This document shows positions 1-11,844 of a DNA stretch of 64,000 nucleotides, piece after piece. A program made the translations under genes and the position numbers. The stretch is taken from the NCBI GenBank assembly GCA_964016885.1, contig OZ024741.1, positions 8,618,001 to 8,682,000 of the forward strand. Direction: 5' to 3'. How positions within the stretch are numbered: position 1 is the first letter of the stretch; each line of letters begins with the position of its first letter. Source of the stretch: Eledone cirrhosa. Taxonomy: Eukaryota. The notes under the pieces were generated by a model, which had not been told where the DNA came from, did not search any database, and saw only the letters and a list, made by a program, of their open reading frames with translations.

Positions 1-3000
1 ATGTACACCATAGTGGAGGTTTTAGTCACCTCCATGTACAACATAGTGGAGGTTTTAGTCACCTCCATGTACAACATAGTCGAGGTTTTAGTCACCTCCA
101 TGTACAACATAGTCGAGGTTTTAGTCACCTCCATGTACAACATAGTCGAGGTTTTAGTCACATCCATATACAACATAGTCGAGGTTTTAGTCACATCCAT
201 GTACAACATAGTCGAGGTTTTAGTCACCTCTATTTCCAACGTAGTCGATGTTTTAGTCACCTCCATGTACAACATAGTCGAGGTTTTAGTCACCTTTATG
301 TACAACACAGTCGAGATTTCAGTCACCTCTGTGTACAACATAGTTGAGGGTTTAGTCACCTCCGTGTACACCATAGTGGAGCTTTTAGTCACCTCCATAT
401 ACAACATAGTCGAGGTTTAGTCAGCTCCATGTACAACATAGTCTGAGGTTTTAGTCACCTCCATGTACAAGATAGTCGTGGTTTTAGTCACCTCCATGTA
501 CAACATAGTCGCGGTTTTAGTCACCTCCATGTACACCATAGTCGAGGTTTTAGTCACCTCCATGTACAACATAGTCGAGGTTTTAGTCACCTACATGTAC
601 AACAGCGTGGAGGTTTTAGTCACCTACATGTACACCATAGTCGAGGTGTTAGTCACCTCCATGTACAACATAGTCGAGGTTTGAGTCACCTCCATGTACA
701 ACATAGTGGAGGTTTTAGTCACCTCCATGTACACCATAGTCGAGGTTTTAATCACCTCCATGTACAACATAGTCGAGGTTTTAGTCACCTCCATGTACAA
801 CATAGTCGAGGTTTTAATCACCTCCATGTACAACATAATCGAGGTTTTAGTCACCTCTATGTACAACGTAGTCGAGGTTTTAGAGACCTCTATGTACAAC
901 ATTTCATGGTTTTAATCACCTCCATGTACACCATAGTGGAGGTTTTAGTCACCTCCATGTACAACATAGTGGAGGTTTTAGTCACCTCCATGTACACCAT
1001 AGTGGAGGTTTCAGTCACCTCCATGTACACCATAGTCGAGGTTTTAGTCACCTCCATGTACAGCATAGTGGAGGTTTTAGTCACCTCCATGTACAACATA
1101 ATCGAGGCTTTAGTCACCTACATGTACAACATAGTCGAATGTTTTATTCACCTTCATGTACAACATAGTCGAGCTTTTAGTCACCTCCATATACACCATA
1201 TTGGAGGTTTTAGTCACCTCCATGTACAACATAGTCGAGGTTTTAGTCACCTCCATGTACACCATAGTCGAGGTTTTAGTCACCACCATGTACACCATAG
1301 TGGAGGTTTAGTCACCTCCATGTACAAGATAGTCGAGGTTTTAGTCACCTCCATGTACAACATAGTCGAGGTTTTAGTCACCTCCATGTACAACATAGTC
1401 GAGGTTTTAGTCACCTACATGGACAACATAGGCGATGTTTTAGACACCTCCATGTACAACATAGTCAAGGTATTAGTCACCTCCATGTACAACATAGTCG
1501 AGGTTTTAATCAACTCCATGTACAACATAGTCGAGGTTTTAGTCACCTCCATGTACAACATAGTCGAGATTTTAGTCACTTCCATGTACACCAGTGGAGG
1601 TTTTAGTCAACTCCGTGTACAACATAGTGGAGGTTTATAGTCACCTCCATGTACACCATAGTCGAGTGTTAGTCACCTCCATGTACAACATAGTGGAGGT
1701 TTTAGTCACCTCCATGTACAACATAGTCGAGCTTTTAGTCACCTCCATGTACAACATAGTGGAGGTTTTAGTCACCTCCATGTACACCATAGTGGAGGTT
1801 TCAGTCACCTCCGTGTACACCATAGTCGAGGTTTTAGTCAGCTCCATGTACAACATAGTCGATGTTTTAGTCACCTCCATGTACACCATAGTGGAGGTTT
1901 TATTCACCTTCATGTACAATATAGTCGAGGTTTTAGTCACCTCCATGTACACCATAGTGGAGGTTTTAGTCGCCTCCATTTACAACATAGTCGAGGTTTT
2001 ATTCACCTCCATGTACAACATAGTGCAGGTTTTAGTCAGCTCCATGTTCAACATAGTCGAGGTTTTAGTCACCTCCATGTACACGATAGTGGAGATTTTA
2101 GTCACCTCCATGTACAACATAATCGAGGTTTTAGTCACCTACATGTACAACATAGTGGAGGTTTTAGTCATCTCCATGTACACCATAGTTTGAGGTTTTA
2201 GTCACCTCCATTTACAACATAGTCGAAGTTTTAGTCACCTCCATGTACAACATAGTCGAGGTTTTAGTCACCTCTATGTACAACATAGTCGCGGTTTTAG
2301 TCACCTCCATGTATACCATAGTGGAGGTTTTAGTCACCTCCATGTACAACATAGTGGAGGTTTTAGTCACCTCCATGTACAACATAGTCGAGGTTTTAGT
2401 CACCTCCATGTACAACATAGTCGAGGTTTTAGTCACCTCCATGTACAACATAGTAGAGGTTTTAGTCACATCCATATACAACATAGTCGAGGTTTTAGTC
2501 ACATCCATGTACAACATAGTCGAGGTTTTAGTCACCTCTAATTCCAACGTAGTCGATGTTTTAGTCACCTCCATGTACAACATAGTCGAGGTTTTAGTCA
2601 CCTCTATGTACAACACAGTCGAGATTTCAGTCACCTCTGTGTACAACATAGTTGAGAGTTTAGTCACCTCCGTGTACACCATAGTGGAGCTTTTAGTCAC
2701 CTCCATATACAACATAGTCGAGGTTTAGTCAGCTCCATGTACACCATAGTTTGAGGTTTTAGTCACCTCCATGTACAAGATAGTCGAGGTTTTAGTCACC
2801 TCCATGTACAACATAGTCGCGGTTTTAGTCACCTCCATGTACACCATAGTGGAGGTTTTAGTCACCTCCATGTACAACATAGTCGAGGTTTTAGTCACCT
2901 CCATGTACAACAGAGTGGAGGTTTTAGTCACCTACATGTACACCATAGTCGAGGTGTTAGTCACCTCCATGTACAACATAGTGGAGGTTTTAGTCACCTC

Positions 3001-6000
3001 CATGTACACCATAGTGGAGGTTTCAGTCACCTCCATGTACACCATAGTCGAGGTTTTAGTCACCTCCATGTACAGCATAGTCGAGGTTTTAGTCACCTCC
3101 ATGTACAACATAGTGGAGGTTTTAGTCACCTCCATGTACACGATAGTCGAGGTTTGAGTCACCTCCATGTACAACATAGTCGAGGTTTTAGTCACCTCTA
3201 TGTACAACATAGTCGACGTTTTCGTCACCTCCATGTACAACGTAGTCGAGGTTTTAGTCACCTCCATGTACAACATAGTCGAGGTTTTAATCACCTCCAT
3301 GTACAACATAGTCGAGGTTTTAGTCAACTCCATGTACAACATAGTCGAGGTTTTAGTCACCTCCATGTACAACATAGTCGAGATTTTAGTCACCTCCATG
3401 TACACCATAGTTTGAGGTTTTAGTCACCTCCATGTACAACATAGTCGAAGTTTTAGTCACCTCCATGTACAACATAGTCGAGGTTTTAGTCACCTCCATG
3501 TACAACATAGTCGCGGTTTTAGTCACCTCCATGTACACCATAGTGGAGGTTTTAGTCACCTCCATGTACAACATAGTGGATGTTTTAGTCACCTCCATGT
3601 ACAACATAGTCGAGGTTTTAGTCACCTCCATGTACAACATAGTCGAGGTTTTAGTCACCTCCATGTACAACATAGTCGAGGTTTTAGTCACATCCATATA
3701 CAACATAGTCGAGGTTTTAGTCACATCCATGTACAACATAGTCGAGGTTTTAGTCACCTCTATTTCCAACGTAGTCGATGTTTTAGTCACCTCCATGTAC
3801 AACATAGTCGAGGTTTTAGTCACCTTTATGTACAACACAGTCGAGATTTCAGTCACCTCTGTGTACAACATAGTTGAGGGTTTAGTCACCTCCGTGTACA
3901 CCATAGTGGAGCTTTTAGTCACCTCCATATACAACATAGTCGAGGTTTAGTCAGCTCCATGTACAACATAGTTTGAGGTTTTAGTCACCTCCATGTACAA
4001 GATAGTCGTGGTTTTAGTCACCTCCATGTACAACATAGTCGCGGTTTTAGTCACCTCCATGTACACCTTAGTCGAGGTTTTAGTCACCTCCATGTACAAC
4101 ATAGTCGAGGTTTTAGTCACCTCCATGTACAACAGAGTGGAGGTTTTAGTCACCTACATGTACACCATAGTCGAGGTGTTAGTCACCTCCATGTACAACA
4201 TAGTCGAGGTTTGAGTCACCTCCATGTACAACATAGTGGAGGTTTTAGTCACCTCCATGTACACCATAGTCGAGGTTTTAATCACCTCCATGTACAACAT
4301 AGTCGAGGTTTTAGTCACCTCCATGTACAACATAGTCGAGGTTTTAATCACCTCCATGTACAACATAATCGAGGTTTTAGTCACCTCTATGTACAACGTA
4401 GTCGAGGTTTTAGAGACCTCTATGTACAACATTTCAAGGTTTTAATCACCTCCATGTACACCATAGTGGAGGTTTTAGTCACCTCCATGTACAACATAGT
4501 GGAGGTTTTAGTCACCTCCATGTACACCATAGTGGAGGTTTCAGTCACCTCCATGTACACCATAGTCGAGGTTTTAGTCACCTCCATGTACAGCATAGTG
4601 GAGGTTTTAGTCACCTCCATGTACAACATAATCGAGGCTTTAGTCACCTACATGTACAACATAGTCGAATGTTTTATTCACCTTCATGTACAACATAGTC
4701 GAGCTTTTAGTCACCTCCATATACACCATATTGGAGGTTTTAGTCACCTCCATGTACAACATAGTCGAGGTTTTAGTCACCTCCATGTACACCATAGTCG
4801 AGGTTTTAGTCACCACCATGTACACCATAGTGGAGGTTTAGTCACCTCCATGTACAACATAGTCGAGGTTTTAGTCACCTCCATGTACAACATAGTCGAG
4901 GTTTTAGTCACCTCCATGTACAACATAGTCGAGGTTTTAGTCACCTACATGGACAACATAGTCGAGGTTTTAATCAACTCCATGTACAACATAGTCGAGG
5001 TTTTAGTCACCTCCATGTACAACATAGTCGAGATTTTAGTCACCTCCATGTACACCAGTGGAGGTTTTAGTCAACTCCGTGTACAACATAGTGGAGGTTT
5101 ATAGTCACCTCCATGTACACCATAGTCGAGTGTTAGTCACCTCCATGTACAACATAGTGGAGGTTTTAGTCACCTCCATGTACAACATAGTCGAGCTTTT
5201 AGTCACCTCCATGTACAACATAGTGGAGGTTTTAGTCACCTCCATGTACACCATAGTGGAGGTTTCAGTCACCTCCGTGTACACCATAGTCGAGGTTTTA
5301 GTCAGCTCCATGTACAACATAGTCGATGTTTTAGTCACCTTCATGTACACCATAGTGGAGGTTTTATTCACCTTCATGTACAATATAGTCGAGGTTTTAG
5401 TCACCTCCATGTACACCATAGTGGAGGTTTTAGTCGCCTCCATTTACAACATAGTCGAGGTTTTATTCACCTCCATGTACAACATAGTGCAGGTTTTAGT
5501 CAGCTCCATGTTCAACATAGTCGAGGTTTTAGTCACCTCCATGTACACCATAGTGGAGATTTTAGTCACCTCCATGTACAACATAATCGAGGTTTTAGTC
5601 ACCTACATGTACAACATAGTGGAGGTTTTAGTCATCTCCATGTACACCATAGTTTGAGGTTTTAGTCACCTCCATTTACAACATAGTCGAAGTTTTAGTC
5701 ACCTCCATGTACAACATAGTCGAGGTTTTAGTCACCTCTATGTACAACATAGTCGCGGTTTTAGTCACCTCCATGTATACCATAGTGGAGGTTTTAGTCA
5801 CCTCCATGTACAACATAGTGGAGGTTTTAGTCACCACCATGTACAACATAGTCGAGGTTTTAGTCACCTCCATGTACAACATAGTCGAGGTTTTAGTCAC
5901 CTCCATGTACAACATAGTAGAGGTTTTAGTCACATCCATATACAACATAGTCGAGGTTTTAGTCACATCCATGTACAACATAGTCGAGGTTTTAGTCACC

Positions 6001-6875
6001 TCTAATTCCAACGTAGTCGATGTTTTAGTCACCTCCATGTACAACATAGTCGAGGTTTTAGTCACCTCTATGTACAACACAGTCGAGATTTCAGTCACCT
6101 CTGTGTACAACATAGTTGAGAGTTTAGTCACCTCCGTGTACACCATAGTGGAGCTTTTAGTCACCTCCATATACAACATAGTCGAGGTTTAGTCAGCTCC
6201 ATGTACACCATAGTTTGAGGTTTTAGTCACCTCCATGTACAAGATAGTCGAGGTTTTAGTCACCTCCATGTACAACATAGTCGCGGTTTTAGTCACCTCC
6301 ATGTACACCATAGTGGAGGTTTTAGTCACCTCCATGTACAACATAGTCGAGGTTTTAGTCACCTCCATGTACAACAGAGTGGAGGTTTTAGTCACCTACA
6401 TGTACACCATAGTCGAGGTGTTAGTCACCTCCATGTACAACATAGTGGAGGTTTTAGTCACCTCCATGTACACCATAGTGGAGGTTTCAGTCACCTCCAT
6501 GTACACCATAGTCGAGGTTTTAGTCACCTCCATGTACAGCATAGTCGAGGTTTTAGTCACCTCCATGTACAACATAGTGGAGGTTTTAGTCACCTCCATG
6601 TACACGATAGTCGAGGTTTGAGTCACCTCCATGTACAACATAGTCGAGGTTTTAGTCACCTCTATGTACAACATAGTCGACGTTTTCGTCACCTCCATGT
6701 ACAATGTAGTCGAGGTTTTAGTCACCTCCATGTACAACATAGTCGAGGTTTTAATCACCTCCATGTACAACATAGTCGAGGTTTTAGTCAACTCCATGTA
6801 CAACATAGTCGAGGTTTTAGTCACCTCCATGTACAACATAGTCGAGATTTTAGTCACCTCCATGTACACCATAGT
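1..6875. repeat. Higher-order tandem duplication, period about 3.5 kb (1-~3411 recurs at 3531-~6875)
   Basis: Rare variants and ORF-track entries recur at offset 3530 (463/3993, 681/4211, 1110/4640). The offset becomes 3464 (1594/5058, 2243/5707, 3154/6618) after two monomers (66 bp) are lost near 4955. Confidence 0.92.
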
Positions 6876-9800
6876 GGCGGTTTTAGTGACCTCCATGTAC
6901 AACATATTCGAGGTTTTAGTTACATCCATGTATAACATAGTCGAGGTTTTAGTCACCTCCATGTACAACATAGTCGAGGTTTTATTCACCTCCATGTACA
7001 ACATAGTGCAGGTTTTAGTCAGCTCCATGTACAACATAGTCGAGGTTTTAGTCACATCCATGTACACCATAGTGGAGGTTTTAGTCACCTCCATGTACAA
7101 CATATTTGAGGTTTTAGTCCCCTACATGTAGAACATAGTCGAATGTTTTATTCACCTTCATGTACAACATAGTCGAGCTTTTAGTCACCTCCATATACAC
7201 CATATTGGAGGTTTTAGTCACCTCCATGTACAACATAGTCGAGGTTTTAGTCACCTCCATGTTCAACATAGTCGAGGTTTTAGTCACCACCATGTACACC
7301 ATAGTGGAGGTTTAGTCACCTCCATGTACAACATAGTCGAGGTTCTAGTCACCTCCATGTACAACATAGTCGAGGTTTTAGTCACCTACATGTACAACAT
7401 AGTCGAGGTTTTAGTCACCTCCATGTACAACATAGTCGAGGTATTAGTCACCTCCATGTACAACATAGTCGAGGTTTTAATCAACTCCATGTACAACATA
7501 GTCGAGGTTTTAGTCACCTCCATGTACAACATAGTCGAGGTTTTAGTCACCTCCATGTACACCAGTGGAGGTTTTAGTCAACTCCGTGTACAACATAGTG
7601 GAGGTTTATAGTCACCTCCATGTACACCATAGTCGAGTGTTTAGTCACCTCCATGTACAACATAGTGGAGGTTTTAGTCACCTCCATGTACAACATAGTC
7701 GAGCTTTTAGTCACCTCCATGTACAACATAGTGGAGGTTTTAGTCACCTCCATGTACACCATAGTGGAGGTTTCTGTCACCTCCATGTACACCATAGTCG
7801 AGGTTTTAGTCACCTCCATGTACAACATAGTGGAGCTTTTAGTCACCTCCATGTACACATAGTCGAGGTTTTAGTGACCTCCATGTACAACATAGTTGAG
7901 GTTTTAGTCACCTCTATGTACAACATAGTCGACGTTTTCGTCACCTCCATGTAAAACGTAGTCGAGGTTTTAATCACCTCCATGTACAACATAGTGGAGG
8001 TTTTAGTCACCTCCATGTACAACATAGTGGAGGTTTTAGTCACCTCCATGTACACATAGTCGAGGTCTTAGTGACCTCCATGTACAACATAGTCGAGGTT
8101 TTAGTCACCTCCATGTAAAACATAGTGGAGGTTTTAGTCACCTCCATGTACAACATAGTCGAGGTTTTTGTCACCTCCATGTACAAAATAGTGGAGGTTT
8201 TAGTCACCTCCATGTACAACATAGTCGAGGTTTTAGTCACCTCCATTTACAACATAGTGGAGGTTTCAGTCACCTCCATGTACAACATAGTGGAGGTTTT
8301 AGTCACCTCCATGTACACCATAGTCGAGGTTTTAGTCACCTCCATGTACAACATAGTGTAGGTTTTAGTCACCTTCATGTACAACATAGTGGAGGTCTTA
8401 GTCACCTCCATGTACAACACAGTCGAGGTTTTAATCACTTCCATGTACAACATAGTTGAGGTTTTAGTCACCTCCATGTACAACATAGTGGAGGTTTCAG
8501 TCACCTCCATGTACACCATAGTCGAGGTTTTAGTCACCACCATGTACAACATAGTCGAGGTTTTAATCACCTCCATGTACAACATAGTGGAGGTTTTAGT
8601 CACCTCCATGTACACGATAGTCGAAGTTTGAGTCACCTCCATGTACAACATAGTCGAGGTTTTAGTCACCTCTATGTACAACATAGTCGACGTTTTCGTC
8701 ACCTCCATGTACAACGTAGTCGAGGTTTTAGTCACCTCCATGTACAACATAGTCGAGGTTTTAATCACCTCCATGTACAACATAGTGGAGGTTTTAGTCA
8801 CCTCCATGTACACCATAGGCGAGGTTTTAGTCACCTCCATGTACAACAAAGAGGAGGCTTTAGTCACCTCCATGTACAACATAGTGGAGGTTTAGTCACC
8901 TCAATGTACAACATAGTCGAGGTTTTAGTCACCTCCATGTACAACATAGTCGAGGTTTTAGTCACCTCCATGTACACCATAGTCGAGGTTTTAGTCAGCT
9001 ACATGAACAACATAGTCGAGGTTTTAGTCACCTCCATGTACAACATAGTCGAGGTTTTAGTCACTTCCATGTACAACATAGTGGAGGTTTTAGTCACCTC
9101 CATGTACAACACAGTGGAGGTTTTAGTCACCTCCATGTACAACATAGTCGAGGTTTTAGTCACCTCCATGTACAACATAGTCGAGGTTTTAGTCACCTCC
9201 ATGTACAACATAGTCGAGGTTTTAGTCACCTCCATGTACAACATAGTCGAGGTTTTAGTCACCTCCATGTACAACATAGTGGAGGTTTTAGTCACCTCCA
9301 TGTACACCATAGTTGAGGTTTCAGTCACCTCCATGTACACCATAGTCGAGGTTTTAGTCACCTCCATGTACAACTTAGTCGAGGTTTTAGTCACCTCCAT
9401 GTACACCATAGTGGAGCTTTTAGTCACCTCCATGTACACATAGTCGAGGTTTTAGTGACCTCCATGTACAACATAGTTGAGGTTTTAGTCACCTCTATGT
9501 ACAACATAGTCGACGTTTTCGTCACCTCCATGTAAAACGTAGTCGAGGTTTTAATCACCTCCATGTACAATCTAGTGGAGGTTTTAGTCACCTCCATGTA
9601 CACCATAGTGGCGGTTTTAGTCACCTCCATGTACAACATAGTCGAGGTTTTAGTCACCTCCATGTACAACATAGTCGAGCTTTTAGTCAACTCCATGTAC
9701 AACATAGTCGTGGTTTTAGTCACCTCCATGTACAACATAATCAAGGTTTTAGTCACCTCCATGTACACCATAGTCGAGGTTTTAGTCACTTCCATGTACA

Positions 9801-11844
9801 ACATAGTGGAGGTTTTAGTCACCTCCATGTACAACATAGTGTTGGTGTTAGTCACCTCCATGTACAACACAGTCGAGGTTTTAATCACTTCCATGTACAA
9901 CATAGTCGAGGTTTTAGTCACCTCCATGTACGACATAGTGGAGGTCTTAGTCACCTCCATGTACAACATAGTGGAGGTTTTAGTCACCTCCATGTACAAC
10001 ATAGTCGAGGTTTTAGTCACCTCCATTACAAAGTAGTGGAGGTTTTAGTCACTTCTATGTACAACATAGTCGAGGTTTTAGTCACCTCCATGTACAACAT
10101 AGTAGAGGTTTTAGTCACCTCCATGTACAACATAGTGGAGGTTTTAGTCACCTCCATGTAGAACATAGTCGAAGTTTCAGTCACCTCCATGTACACCATA
10201 GTGGAGGTTTTAGTCAACTCCATGTACAACATAGTCGAGGTCTTAGTCACCTCCATGTACAACATAGTCGAGGTTTTAGTCACTTCAATGTACAACATAA
10301 TCAAGGTTTTAGTCACATCCATGTACACCATAGTCGAGGTTTTAGTCACCTCCATGTACAACATAGTGGAGGTTTTAGTCAACTCCATGTACAACATAGT
10401 GGAGGTCTTAGTCACCTCCATGTACAACACAGTCGAGGTTTTAATCACTTCCATGTACAACATAGTCGAGGTTTTAGTCACCTCCATGTACACAATAGTC
10501 GAGATTTTAGTTAACTCCATGTACAACATAGTCGAGGTTTTAGTCACCTCCATGTACAACATAGTCGAGGTTTTAGTCACCTCCATGTACAACATAATCA
10601 AGGTTTTATTCACCTCCATGTACACCATAGTCGAGGTTTTAGTCACCTCCATGTACAACATAGTGGAGGTTTTAGTCAACTCCATGTACAACATAGTGGA
10701 GGTCTTAGTCACCTCCATGTACAACAAATTCGAGGTTTTAATCACTTCCATGTACAACATAGTCGAGGTTTTAGTCACCTCCATGTACAACATAGTGGAG
10801 GTCTTAGTCACCTCCATGTACAACATAGTCGAGGTTTTAGTCACCTCCATTACAAAGTAGTGGAGGTTTTAGTCACCTTTATGTACAACATAGTCGAGGT
10901 TTTAGTCACCTCCATGTACAACATAGTCGAGGTTTTAGTCACCCCATGTACAGCATAGTCGAGGTTTTAGTCACCTCCATGTACAACATAGTAGAGATTT
11001 TAGTCACCTCCATGTCCAACATAGTGGAGGATTTAGTCACCTCCATGTACAACATAGTCGGAGTTTCTGTCACCTCCATGTACAACATAGTGGAGGTTTT
11101 AGTCACCTCCATGTACACCATAGTCGAGGTTTTAGTCACCTCCATGTACAACATAGTCGAGGTTTTAGTCACCTCTATGTACAACATAGTCGACGTTTTA
11201 GTCACCTCCATGTACAACGTAGTCGAGGTTTTAGTCACCTCCATGTACAACATAGTCGAGGTTTTAATCACATCCATGTACAACATAGTGGAGGTTTAGT
11301 CACCTCCATGTACACGATATTCAAGGTTTGAGTCACCTCCATGTACAACATAGTCGAGGTTTTAGTCACCTCTATGTACAACATAGTCGACGTTTTCGTC
11401 ACCTCCATGTACAACGTAGTCGAGGTTTTAGTCACCTCCATGTACAACATAGTCGAGGTTTTAATCACATCCATGTACAACATAGTGGAGGTTTAGTCAC
11501 CTCCATGTACACCATAGGCGAGGTTTTAGTCACCTCCATGTACAACAAAGAGGAGGTTTTAGTCACCTCCATGTACAACATAGTCGAGATTTTAGTCACC
11601 TCCATGTACACCATAGTGGCGGTTTTAGTCATTTCCATGTACACCATAGTGGCGGTTTTAGTCACCTCTATGTACAACATAGTCGAGGTTTTAGTCACCT
11701 CCATGTACAACATAATCAAGGTTTTAGTCACTTCCATGTACACCATAGTCGAGGTTTTAGTCACCTCCATGTACAACATAGTCGAGATTTTAGTCACCTC
11801 CATGTACAACATAGTGCAGGTTTTAGTAAGCTCCATGCCCAACA

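Noticed and set aside
27-34. Minus-strand TGGAGGTG resembling the chi-like core of human GC-rich minisatellites
   Set aside because: It is only an 8-nt match and the rest of the unit is unrelated and AT-richer, so chance is sufficient.
14-34. Hairpin as an intrinsic terminator, or as MITE/IS terminal inverted repeats
   Set aside because: There is no U-tract after the stem (the T-run is in the loop), no upstream gene, no target-site duplications and no transposase.
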